A stretch of DNA of 64,000 nucleotides from Camelus ferus (lineage: Eukaryota), in contig NC_045697.1 in the NCBI RefSeq assembly GCF_009834535.1, positions 67,086,001 through 67,150,000 of the forward strand. Direction: 5' to 3'. Below are positions 50,686 to 63,525 of this stretch, piece after piece (position 1 is the stretch's first letter; the number at the start of each line of letters is the position of its first letter). Below the pieces are notes generated by a model. The model was not told where the DNA came from. It did no database searches and was given only the letters and a program-made list of their open reading frames with translations. Both the position numbers and the translations under genes were made by a program.

Positions 50686-52904
50686 CCTATATTAATCCAC
50701 TAAGACTCCATCATCCTTTTAAAATACTAACAGAATGAATTCTTCAGTCTTCTGTCATGGAGATGGCTATTAAAACAGTACATCTCCATATATACTGACA
50801 GTCTATTGAAAGTTTGAGAGCACAAAGATTTCTCTATACATTATATTGAAAATGGACAGACAACAGAATTGGGGTAACTCTTATTAACTGGGATTCTCCA
50901 ATGAAAATAGCACTGGTTAGATGGAGACCTGCTTCTCATTAGCCTCATCTTCCTTCATTCACTATGGGGTCTTGCAAAATTAACTGTGGGCCTCAGCAAT
51001 CCCATTTATAAAATGAGGACACATGCTTGTCTGATAAGCAGGAATGGACTGCCTTACGAAGTTCTTTAGGAACCTGAACGATTAGCCACGGGGACATTAA
51101 ATGTAGGTTTAAGGAGAATGCGCCTCAGACTGGAGCAGTAGATGAGTAATTCTGTCTTCCAGTGACTACTGGAACTCAGTGCCTCTTGTATAGCTCTGAG
51201 ATGTATGTGTCTTAGAGGATTACCATCACTGTGTAAATTGAAGATTTTGCTTCCATTAAAAAAATCAACTTAAATATTATATTCAAGTAGTCTTCAGTTA
51301 TATTTAGAAATGTACAAAAAAGCATGTAAGTAGCTACTCTTGGTAGAATTATTCTAATGGAATTTTCACAGCAGAGTTTTGTAACTTTGGAGGTAACTGA
51401 ACTGACAGGGGTGGAGGCAGAGCCTTGGATGCATCATTACGGAAGGGAAGTAGAAAGCAAATCTAATTTTAAAAATGACAAAGCTGTCACCTCACTCAAC
51501 TTGTTTTCATTATTAGTTTCTTTTCTGCTTTTCTATTTTTGCCAAGGAGAGAGTTTAGAGACAATTCCTATATCAAATATATATCAAATTTCAAGAGATG
51601 CTTTGCAAACTAAATTACCAAGGTTTATCTTTTCCCTCCTTACTTATAAGTCTATGTCATTTTCATTCTTACTTGTTACTGTTTAATTTCATCTGTCTTC
51701 CCTCCCTTCTTTTCTTAGATACATTAAATTAATGGATAAGTCTTTTTTTTTTTCTCTTTTAGGGGAATAACAGTGAAAAAGGGAGGGGACGAAGCTGAAA
51801 GCAGCTTAGTTGTCTGTTCCCTTTCATCTGGAATCAGAAGGGGCTTTTCTCTGTCACCCTGTGACAGGGTTTGTTTGTTTTTTAATAGTACTCTGTCACA
51901 GACTCAAAACATTAAGTATGCAAATCAGTAAGATAATGCCCTTAGTAATGTTGCTTTATACTATCTAATCAAGCAATCAATCTGTAAACACTTGTCAGTT
52001 TGGCCACTGGTTGGTATATCTAGTACAAAGGGAAGCATTCAGAGAAGAAAGTGCAAGTTCTCAGCAATTTTGTTGCTAAGACTAAAATTATTACAAAACA
52101 GAGAGTCCGTAATAAAGCAGTAAATGAATTTTCTGCAAAATCTGAGTTAGAGAAATCAAGATAAACAGAGTTATCTAGATACACTCTTGACGAGGAAGGA
52201 AGGAAGTCTTAAGTTACCTTGGGCAGGAGGGGTATTCACTGCTGGAGTGGAGAAGAGGGCACAAGTGGGATGTGAATTTATGTTATTATTGAGATAGTAC
52301 CACTGGGACTTGCTTACCAAGAATATCAAGGTTCGGGGAGATAACAAAGAACGTGCAAAGAAGGGGTTGGTTTTTTACAGAACATTTTATAAAAAGCATC
52401 CAAAATGAAGGAAGGACACATGTCTTCTCACGAGAGTGCCTACCAGAGACAGGCCCTCATTCAGAGCCCGTCTGTTCTTAAGTACCAATAATTCAACAAG
52501 TTATTTAGTCTAATTTCTAAAATGCAATAGATAAAACACAGTAAATACAAAGAGCAGAATATAGCAAGAAGTAGCCACAGGGCAAACTGTACAGACAGAA
52601 GGCAAAAAAAGTCTACAAAATAGAAGATGAGAATCCAAAAATAGTTGTCTGCATCTGTTCAGGGAAAATTAGCAACCCATATGGTGACACTCTGAAGGAC
52701 CACATAGTACACTCATACAAATTCTTACATACAATAATTATTCAATACTCAATAAAGCTATGCTCAAAATGATGACTAATTAAGAAAATCTTACATGATG
52801 CTTAGTATTATGAGTCAGAGTAAATCTATAATTATTCAATGAAAAAATCAGTATATCATGTATTTCATTATGTTTTTTAAAAATCACTCTAAGAAATAGT
52901 TCAA

Positions 52905-53545
52905 AATATGATGTGACACAACAGTCTACTTCTAGGTATTTACCCAAGATTAATGAAAATTTATGTTCACACAAAAATCTGTCCACCAATGCTCAGTGTT
53001 TTTACTCATAATTATTGAAAACTGTAGGCAATTTTCAACTGGTGAATGGATAAACAAACCATGGTACATCCATACAATGGAATACTACTTAAGAATGAAA
53101 GGAATAAATTATTGACACATACAAAAACATGGCTGAATCTCAAATAATGATGCTAAATGAAAGAAACCAGAGAAAGAAGATATTATGTGATTATATTTAT
53201 ATGATATTCTGGAAAAGGCAAAACTATAGGGACAGGAAACATCTAAGTGATGCCAGAAGCTGGGAGTAAACAAAGGAATTGACAGAAAATGGATGTGAAA
53301 TCATATTTTGGACGTGAGGGAAATGTTCAATGACCAGCAGCCTGAAAGTGGCAGATCCAGGAATTAAATTTAGTCCTGCCTAATTGCAAATTCACTGACA
53401 GTGATACATGTTCTATATCTTGATTGTGTTGGCAACACAACTGTGGTGGTTACATAACTGAATGTTGTTGTCAAACCTTAAAGAACTGTAAACTGTAAAA
53501 AGGGGGAATTTAACTTTATATAAATTATAGCACAATTTTTAAAAA
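52905..53545 (+). mobile_element. L1M (L1ME/L1MB-type) ORF2 end plus 3' UTR
   Basis: ctaggtatttacccaaga...ggtgaatggataaacaaaccatggtacatccatacaatggaatactact...ggaaaaggcaaaactataggg...tgttctatatcttgattgtg...taaattata. Confidence 0.9.
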
Positions 53546-54024
53546 TTAGTTCATTTTCTGGTCTGTAAATGGTGGAGCACTAAATATGTCTGTTGACTGC
53601 GTATGACTAGGGCACCACCGCTATATCTTGGCGATCCATGCACGAGGTGGTCCTCACTGCATTTCTCTCTCATTCCCTATGCACAGTTCAGTAGACTGGA
53701 AGCTTACCATTATCAGTGCTCACTTCTTTCTCTGAACCCCATCAATAATTAACTCTATATAAAAATTATTTCTTAAATATATTTATAATTTTTGAACCAT
53801 GAAATCAAGATAAAAGAGTTCTTCTCTAGCATGTTTAAATTGTTGGATTTTATCTAGAAACATCTGCTTAGACCTGAATCAAGTTTGTCCAGTAATAGCT
53901 GAATAGTTGGAGATTAGACAGATATTCTTATAAAAGTCAATATCCAACTACTTTGCTAGATTCACAGAAAGCTGAGAAGATGAGTATCTGACTTAAGCTT
54001 TAGTGAGATACAAAGGCCAAAAAT

Positions 54025-54237
54025 AATGATAGGTACTATTAATTGAGCACTTACTCTGAGTCATACATTTTACAAAGCTATTCATATGTTCTAAGCTTGA
54101 AAACTCACCTGTGAGGCAGGTGCCCTAATTTACAAAGTTATATTAGAAAATTTAGCAACTTGCCCAGTGATACACAGCTAATTTAAAGTGGAAGATCTGA
54201 GATTAGAATTCAGGCCTGCCTAACTGTAGGTTCACTG
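54025..54237 (-). mobile_element. MIR SINE
   Basis: attgagcacttact...cctgtgaggcagg...agcaacttgcccagtgatacacagcta...aagtggaagatctgagatt. Confidence 0.75.
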
Positions 54238-54741
54238 GGACACAGTGAGGGAAAATTTTAAAAAGGGTTATCACAAGGCAGCCTATGAAGAATATTATCA
54301 TAGAGGAAGAGGAAACTGCAGGCTTTTTGTCTCTTTTTCCAGGAAGAAGAGGCTTGGGAGCTGGCCCCATAGGATGGATACAACCTCGATAAATGAAGGT
54401 GAGAAGGAGGACTTTGCCAACAGAGGAATCAACCACTTCCACGCTCACACTTTTCTAGCTGATGTCCAGTTTAGAGGGTGATTTCCCCAATGGTCAGGAT
54501 CTTCTCTAACACAGAACAGAGACCTAAGCCTGATTTCTGGACACCGTATTATAACTTCTACGGGAAGAACTGTAAATGAGGCTTTTAGCCCTACATGCAG
54601 CACTTGAAAATCTCACCACCAGGGGCAAACCATACAACCTAGCTGGGCCTTATTATACTTTCCTCGTCTGTAGAAGTTCAATATTATCTGGCCTGTCTAC
54701 ATCTTGGGACTGTAGCAAGGGTCAAATTAATTGCATTTGTG

Positions 54742-54781
54742 TATATGTGTGTGTGTGTGTATATACACACACACACATATA
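54742..54781. repeat. (GT)7-ATAT-(AC)6 compound microsatellite
   Basis: Direct reading. Confidence 0.9.
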
Positions 54782-56787
54782 ATATGTATATGGAATAAAT
54801 TCTTATGATGGCACACAAAGGAGCAATTAAAAGATAGACTATAAAAAATTCTCCATATCCTGCTTCTCCGGCCTGGTTTTACCAGATGTACAGTGCAAAG
54901 AGCAGCTCTAACTCAATGTGAAGCTGACAGAAAATGGTGGCAATGGAGGCAGACTTGTTACAAGTGTTCATAATGTTCAGCAGAGTGAGAAAGTGTGAGG
55001 CAGTGGAATTTTCTACCTATTTTCCTTTGATAAATTAACTTACAACTACCAATAGTGCTTGCAGACTTTTAACACAGAGGTATGGTAATGTAATAACACC
55101 TGGGAAATGCATTTTTACACAGAAGAGCTGTCGGCAACAGACACACTCTTTTGAGATGAACATCTTATCATTGTATGATATTATTTTAAAAGGAAAAAAA
55201 GACAGTTTAAATATTGACACTTTGTTCTAGACCTGGCAAGACCCAGAGGAAACAACCATTTCTGGTAACAAAAGGAAAGACCACTGCTACTTGGCCCACC
55301 TCTAAATAGTGAGCCAACTAAGTCCCATTTTAATGAAATTTTTATCTCTGGAATTCTATTTGTTTATATTCTAGGTACCCAAAGGCAAAGAGAGGACCAC
55401 TGCCCTGTCATCAACACCAGAACTCCAGATCTTTAATGAAACAACCCCTTAAAATGTTTACATAGCTATCTATCCTAATTGTCATGTCTAGAATTCAATA
55501 AAGTAATGCTTTTCCTCTTCAACAAATATTTATTGGTTTTTATTAATTTCCAGGAAGTGGATTAGAGCTGGGGCTAACAGAGACCAAGGCAACCATGTTT
55601 TCCCTTATAAACTTGGAAGCCCCAAAAGACTAATGTCGTATAGAGAACATATGTAAAAAAGTGCCTAAAATTTTGTTTGGCACATAACACTCAGTAAATT
55701 TGTAGTGATAAAACTTAATGATACTAACTAATATTGATTCCATACAATATAAGGACTTTATTTGTTTCAAAAATATGAGAAATTTATAGTCCAAGTAGTT
55801 CACTGAGTATCACTGACAGGATGTTTGTAGTGTTCAGAATTCTCCTTAAGTCTCAATCTGGAAGTCTTATTACTTTGAGCCTGTCAATGGTAACTACATC
55901 AAATGAATTCTAAATAAACGGATCTACAGAAAGCTTATTCAAAAGGCAGGTGCTGCTGATTTAAATGAGGCTTAAAATCCACCATAGCATCTTGAAACTT
56001 TCCCTACTCACAGTTGAATAAAGCGATATTAATATCCAGAAAAGAAACACTGACAAAAACAAACAAAAGAAAGTTGTCTGTCTTTCTGAAAAGAAATGGG
56101 AAAAAAAAAAACAAAAAACTACCAGGCTTATTCTATCATCTCCAAATGCCTCAAAATGTAAAATCCAGACATATTAATCATCAGGCAATATAGATATAGT
56201 AATGTCACTAGTGTACACTCTATTGGTAAAGTAATTGAAATTCTTTATATCATAAATAGACAGATGGGACTTGATATTTGCTAAATTTCAATAACACTTA
56301 GTCTTTTATTATTAAGAAAATATATTATCTTACTCCTTTCGGTTTGTCTAAAATAAGATGGATGACAATTAATAAAACACTTATAAAAAGGGCACCATAT
56401 TGTATCTCATCTTATCCAAGCCAGAAACTGCATTTTTCAAGAAATAATTATTTCAACAGCATCTCTTTAGTACTATTATCAGTATTCAATATACTAAGGT
56501 AAATGTTAAATTATTAATATGACAATTTCAGAAGCTGTATTTATTTTCCATTTTATATGCCTCAAACACGTTAAAAAATCTGCTAGAATTTGTTTCCAAA
56601 ATCAATTGATAATGATAGCTCTTGAAGCATTGTTCTAAGTTGTAAGTGAGAAGGAAAATATGTTGTGAGTGAAAGGAGAAAAAGACCACCAAATTTGAGG
56701 ATAATCTTTTTAGGAAAATATTTGTGATTGCTTAGATATAGCACATCAGTTAAAACAAAGTGGTAACATTTATGGTGCGTGATTTTA

Positions 56788-56925
56788 AATTTTTGTTTGT
56801 TTGGGGAGGAAGGAGGTAATTAGGTTTATTTACTTATTTATTTTTTAAATGGCAGCATTGGGGATTGAACCCAGGACCTCATGCTTGTTAAGCACACACT
56901 CCATCACTGAGCTATACCTTCCCCC
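56788..56925 (-). mobile_element. Full-length vic-1-like (camelid) tRNA-Ala-derived SINE
   Basis: Reverse strand gggggaaggtatagctcagtgatggagtgtgtgcttaacaagcatgaggtcctgggttcaatcccc carries Pol III A and B boxes, then an AT-rich tail. Degenerate 15-bp TSD tggtgcgtgatttta/tgatgcattatttta (12/15). Confidence 0.9.
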
Positions 56926-58544
56926 TGATGCATTATTTTAGAACTGTCAGTTCTAAAACTTTGCTTCAATGTTGGATATACTTCATTTCCATATTTTAAT
57001 TTTTCCATGCTAAAGTATTTTTTTCCTCTCTAAACCTCTAGTGAGAGGTATTGGTTAACACAAAATGAATGTGTGTAATACATTCTTTGAAACCCTGCAG
57101 TCAACTCTTTGCATATAACTAATAGAAAAAAAAAAAATCCCACATACTTCATTTTCCCTAAAGAGCAGCATGAGATTTCCAATCCTTTGCTTGAACACAT
57201 AAAATATTAAGAGCCAATTTTCAGCTGCACCTCTGTCACTTCCATTATCATTCTACACATCCAGAGGTGATAATGGACTCTGTAAATTGCAGTCTTTTTC
57301 CATCCCAGACCACTGAGGGTTTCACCAGGGGACAGTTCCACACAAAGGGTGGCCCAGATGTATGTTAATGGTGCTGAGTAGCAAGCAGCAGACACCCTCA
57401 AACAAGATAATGTGATGTGTTACCCAGAGGAAAGACAAAATGAACAGAAAACAATTTCCTTAGGAATTCAGTGAAATCAACAACAACCTACTCTTGCCGA
57501 TGAATCAGATGTGTAGCACTATCTTCACAAGACCTTGGAAACAGAAGATTAAAATACATTCCTAACACCCTGCCTGCAAAGGAGCAGTCTGTCTAAACCA
57601 ACACAGAATGAGGGCTCACGGACATGGACATTTAAAGAATTATAGGAAAAGATATTATTTCCCACTGACTTTTTTTAAGACACAACAAACATATCTGCCA
57701 GCATTTGCAGAATTATATTCAAGCATGAAGTGAAAAAAAGGCTAAGGTAAAGGAAAATGATTATCTTATCCATTGCTGAAATGATACCCACCACTCTCCA
57801 TGGTTGGCAATTGGTCTACTTGATGCAAGCTGCCTTGTAGGAAACTGAATGCAATCGGCACTAGGTTTTTAAATGATTATGTTTCCCACTATTCCCTGCA
57901 AAATAAAAATCATATTTTACGGAAAGTATACAGAAGGAGGTGATTTAGATCGAGTTTTTCTCCCCTTTCCATAGGCACTACTCTAACTGTATGTCTCTCT
58001 AGTACTGGGTGAGTATTCGTTGATTGAACCCTCCAGACTGAGTACTGATGCTTTGGGCAAGGGGGTGGGGAGGGAGTTGGAAGACAAGGGTTTTGCCAAG
58101 AGGAAAGAACATCTAGAGAAAGAAAAGAGACATAACAAAATCAGATTGCATCATCTGGAAAATCAAATGTGGCCCTTTTACATATTAGACAGTAATATAC
58201 ATGACCATAATCACTGCTGATACTCTATTAAAGCTACACGTTGGACAAATCAAGGTAAGGCCAATTTTAATCCAATAAATATATTTTGGGACCAAGTGTA
58301 TATTCTTCAAAGTAACTTCAGGAAAGCCAGACCTTACAAACAAAACCATACACACACACACAAAGGAAAGAAATAAATGAAGAAAGAAGAAAAGAAAAAA
58401 AGGAAGAACACAAAAGAGAAGAAAAGACAGAAGAGGAATCCAGTGTAACTATTTCTCTACTTACTAATTTAGGTCAAAATATTATCAGTGAGCTCTACCT
58501 CTTCTCTCGTTCCCTCACCTTCCCTTCAGCGAGCAGTGAGCCCT

Positions 58545-58680
58545 CGAATGTGTAAAGGCACTGTGCCAGGCACTAGGGGTAAAGTGACAAATGTTCTCCG
58601 GTGATGTCAGTCTTGAAGAGAAGACAGACAAGTAAGGAGATCATTACAACAGTGTGGTATGTGCTATGGGAGAGGCAGCA
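58545..58680 (-). mobile_element. L2 3' fragment
   Basis: ctgtgccaggcactagggg...gagaagacagacaagtaa...attacaacagtgtggtatgtgctatgggaga. Confidence 0.65.
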
Positions 58681-58844
58681 GAAGGCTTCTTCTGATGACA
58701 TGTTACCATCTTACCAGAGTTTTCAAAATTTACTCTTAGGATTTTACATCCTTTTCCTTGATATCTCTTTTCTCAAGAAAAATGAGGAATAAAATCAATG
58801 CATAAACAATTTAAAATTTATACATAGTTACAGTTAGAATCATT

Positions 58845-59078
58845 GAAATCTAGAAGAGGCAAATTCAGAGAGACAGGGAGCACGTTAGTGGTTGCCCGGG
58901 GAAGGGAGGAGAGAGGCTTGAAGAGTGATTATTTTAAGGGTACAAGGTCTTCTGCAGTGATGAAAAAGTTCTGAAACTAGAGCCACACTGTGAATGCAGT
59001 AAACACCACCGAATTGTACAGTTCAAAATGGTTAATTGTATGCTATGTGAGCCTCACTTCTATTAAAAAAAAAAAAAA
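58845..59078 (+). mobile_element. L1MB-type 3' UTR with poly(A)
   Basis: aggcaaattcagagagacag...ttagtggttgcccgggg...gtgatgaaaaagttctgaaactaga...aaaatggttaa, then an A tract. Confidence 0.85.
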
Positions 59079-60527
59079 CAGCTTAAATACTTCATTTGAA
59101 ATTTTGTGGCACTGTTTGAAATAGTCACTGTGAAGTATCACAAAAATTTGCAGGATCAATCAGTCTTCTGTTTTTCCTCTTTTTTCCTCTCTACATGCAG
59201 AAAACAGTGCTATTCTCTTTGTAAAAAATCAGAAACTTTTGATATAATTGGGCAACTAAGGCAAAGTTAATGTCTGAGGTGATTTTTAAAGTTCAGAAGG
59301 CTGTAATGGTACAGTAGCATAACAGGAGGTACTACGATTACATGTGTCAGTCTTCTCAAGAACTTTCTTTTCTATGAATTTTTAATGATGCAAGTAATTT
59401 TTCAAGGTCATTGAGAGAGCAAGCAGTTATTCAGACGTTAAATTTGTTCACAGTTTCTTGGCAGCTTTGCAAGAAAACAAGTAAGTAGGATTTGTGGAGG
59501 AGGGGAAATAGTGTACTGAGGAAGAGGTGAATTAGAAGTAATACGTAATTACTTGCAGATATAGCTGATTCACTTTTTAACCTGGCAGAAAATATCTAGA
59601 TGTTCTTACACATAGAATGAGACTTAGAGTTAAACATTTTCTGGTTGTAATTGTGGTTAATAACATATACATATATTTTTACATATATAAATATATTTTC
59701 TATGTCTGTAAAATTCATTTTCTAGTGGTTTGACTATATCCGTATCCAAATACCTGCTAAGCGTTTCTAATTTTACAATTAAGTTTATGGAAAGGACATT
59801 AAGAAATATATATCTGTCAATATACACAGGCCAGAATGAGCTATTTCCCCAAAGCTTGAAAATCACAAGAAATTATATTGTCCTCTTAATATTAAACTAT
59901 AAAGTGGAAACATAATGGAACGAGAAAGGGCTATGCAAGATGTATATATATGGATTAAAAATAGTGTCCCAATCCCTGGAGAAGGCAGACGGTCATTAAT
60001 CATCCATGGGATCATATTAAAAGGGGAATCACAGAGGTCAGTATTCAAAGTTTCTTTCAAACTTTGTTCAGGAGAGTATGAGCTCTGGGCAATAAACTTC
60101 AAGAATTTCCTCCCTTTGGCAAAGTTGTGTCTAAGCTGGAGATAGATGCAAGGGCTTGCATTGCTTCCTTTCCATTAGCAGAACCTTCTCTACTGCATTT
60201 AGTAGCCATCTGCAATGGCCCAGAGCCATATGATTTATCTAATTCTCCTTGCCCTGATTCTAAGCAACCTTTACTACTTATTTTTCCATGTACATTTGCC
60301 TTTGGAGAGAAAATGCTTTTGTCATACAAACCTTGATTTTCTTGTCCCTGAGATACTAGTTCTACTGGGTATGAGCAACTTGGCATTCATTTGACTTTCC
60401 GTGTACTTAGACAATGGGGAGAGAATGCACCACCATGGTCCATGTGAGTACTCCACTCCATATAATGTTATGTTTTCCATGTCAAGTTGGAATTTTGGTT
60501 TGATACCTCAGTATCTCCATGAGAGAG

Positions 60528-60570
60528 GACTGAATCTACTGGTGACTGAATCCACTGGTGTCTGAAACCA
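60528..60570 (+). repeat. 16-bp tandem repeat, about 2.6 copies
   Basis: gactgaatctactggt / gactgaatccactggt / gtctgaaacca. Confidence 0.85.
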
Positions 60571-62214
60571 CAAGTGTGAGAGTCAGGCCCTAGATGCTTG
60601 TTTATTTGTTAAAAGAATGACTGCTGCCCCATGAGGCTTGTGGGTGACAGTTTGAGGCTTTGTCCCAGGTTAACAACATACAGCCTCCCCTTATACAGAG
60701 GTACTCTTTCCCCCAATTGTAATTACTGTGTGTATGATTGTAATGATTATAAGAAGGCAAAGGAACATTAATTCAGAGTATAGTATTAACAAATGGAGCA
60801 GGCCACTATCTATCTAAGAGAGGTTAAAATCACAAAATTAAAGAGAGAAAACCTGCTCCAGTAAAATAAAATTACAGGCTAAGTTAATTTCACATTTAAA
60901 TTCTCTAGGTATGAGGACAGTGTACAAGTAGGATAACAGGAAGAGTACGGCTGCAGGAGAGTCAGTCATAAGCATAAAGAGCTCACTGAGTTGAAGGAAC
61001 TCAACCACGGCAACGGTAGAAATAGACTCATTTGCTTTGGGAAACTCAACCCTCCTGTCTATACATTTTCACTGACTATGTCATTAGAATTTTCTTAATT
61101 TATGGGTACAAGAGATTAATTTGGTTCCTGTGTTCAATAAAAATCCTGACAATGAAGTGAATGGCTTTTTAGACTTGATCTTCAGATAACAGGTATTTTC
61201 TAATTAAAAAGAATTATTACAAATATTCGAAGACTTATCCAAGACGTGGACATTGGAAATTTCAGTTAAATTAAAGAAGGTAAAGTTACATACCTAGATA
61301 TAAAAAGGAAGGTTTTCTTTTAAAAATATAATTACATATCCTGTCATATTTAATGGACATTCATTGATAAGATGTTAAAAAACAAATATTAAAATTATAT
61401 TTCCTATATAAACATGAGAGATTTATTTGTTTAGAAAATTAAAAGCAAATGAGAGTATTTTCTAAGTCCACAGTACTTAAAACCAAAGAAATTTAATAGG
61501 CGTAACATAAGCAATAAAATACTATGTTCATCTCTAATTTCAATGTTCTCAGAAAATACTGCACATTCTATATACTTAATAGATGCTCCTGAATGAATTA
61601 CAAATCAGTTGACATAATTAAAAGTGCCTTCACTACATATTTATGTGCACATTAAAAAAATAATCCCTGTCACACCATTCAATACCGTTTTTTGGGTTCA
61701 TTCAGCTTGAATCCAGAAGCATTAGGAATGTGCTCATCTTTTGTTATTTTCTTTTCTCAGCCCCATTATGTACACTGATTGTAAACTAATATGTTTTAAA
61801 AAGTACAGAAGGAAATCATTTTCCTGATTTGTGAAACTTAAAAAAAATTGTTTCTTGAAATAAATAAACAATGAAAAGAGTGACTTCCCTTGTCCTCTTA
61901 TCCTTCTGCCAAATTGTGCTGTCAAAGAATTGTAGTGACCATATCAAATACTCGTACCATCTTTGTCACTTTTCATTTGGGAAGGGAACCCTAAGGAGCC
62001 AACAAAACAAGAGCACACAGCTACAGACATCTGGTCTGCACTCACATTTCCATTTGAACATTTAACGTGGTTAATATTTCAGCAGTTGTGGTACCAGAGT
62101 CAAACTGAAATTTCTACCTATTTAATTCTGAATCCTCAGTCACAGACTTTGGAGAGAAAGAGATTGAGATTGACAGTGAGTTAGAGAGAAAGGGAAACAT
62201 TGATTCACTTTTTA

Positions 62215-62410
62215 AGAATCGACGTCAGCAAAAGAACATGAACCTGGTCCTGGGCTTATGCCCTTGAAGGGATTGCGGCACCGGCCAGGCTGACACCTTG
62301 ATTTCAGCCTGAGGAGACTCTGGGCCAAGAACCCTGTGAGCCCATTCCCAGAGTTTTGACCTACAGAACTCAGAAATTGGAACAGCTTTCTTTGTGTGCT
62401 AAGCTAGGAA
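62215..62410 (+). mobile_element. MaLR (MLT1) LTR 3' fragment
   Basis: ggctgacaccttgatttcagcctgaggagactctgggccaagaacc...ttttgacctacagaact. Confidence 0.75.
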
Positions 62411-63319
62411 AATGTATCCTTAGAAGTGAGTTCAAAATTTCCAGTCTAAGATCAGTGTGTTTGTTTCATAAGGAATAGGAGAAAAAGTAAATAGCATATA
62501 GTATATGATATAGCATCTGGCGTCTAAGAATATTTACTTATTGTGGAGATATTTTTGTCTTGTCAGTCTACTGTTCCTTCATGTTTCTGTTTCTGCTTAA
62601 ATGTGTGGGGTGGGTGTTTGCACATTTTACTCCCTCATTTATAATTTTTTTATTGCACTGTTTCAATGCAGCTTACAAGGAAATGAGGCTCCAAACTGCA
62701 CATTGTTAATCTAGGGCCAGGATTTTTCCAAGGGGTTAGGAGTTTCAAATTAACAAAAATGGAACCTAGGGTAGTAATGAGAGGGCCCACCCCATAAAAT
62801 TATATATTTAAAAATTATAATAATATTTAAATAGCATTTATGACATTAGATATTACATTTTAAACTCTGTTTTAGTCAGAAAATAGGGGTCGCTGATATA
62901 AAAAAGATGGTTTTGAGAATGTCTATATCACATCTTTCTCCCAACAGCATTTTTGCTGAATAATTTTTCAGTCTGGTGAAAGACAAACACAAGAATAGAA
63001 CTTTCTGTCATTTTCCTTACATATCTGTTTTTCTTTTCACAAAAGCTAACATACAGTTTCAGTTTGACTTTTACATTTGCTCTTTTTTCTTTCTAAAATT
63101 ATAAAATTTGTCTCTCCTTTTTTATCAAAATTTCTCCTCAAAATAGAGAGCCCCCTACCAGAACTAACTGAGAAAAGAAAGGACTTCAGTGAGATTTCTC
63201 CTAAGGCCTTTCAAAATTACCCTTATTTTTTCAGAATAGGGTGAGTATAAAAATAGGTCTTCTCTGTCAGCCAGGTAATTAGTACTCACAAAAAACTGGG
63301 TTTAAATGAATAAATGAAT

Positions 63320-63525
63320 AATAATGATTAAATTTTATTGAGTTCTTATTTTAGCTTTGCCCATGTTAACTCCTTTAACCCTCACAATGATTCAATGAGT
63401 GAGTACTATTATCACTATCATTTAATAGAACACTGAAGTTCACAGTGTCCCCCAAACTTACATAGTATGGCAGGAATGTGTAACCATCAGCTTAAATTTT
63501 ACCCCAAGCTTTTACTCACTAACAT
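63320..63525 (-). mobile_element. MIR SINE
   Basis: tttattgagttcttat...ttaactcctttaaccctcacaa...atgagtgagtactattatc...actgaagttcacag. Confidence 0.7.

Noticed and set aside
56855..56925. tRNA-Ala gene
   Set aside because: It has A and B boxes but a degenerate cloverleaf, an AT-rich tail and TSDs, so it is a SINE.
60528..60570. Short direct repeats (also 28224-28267, 46657-46707, 8905-8945) as CRISPR-like arrays
   Set aside because: They are head-to-tail slippage duplications with no spacers.
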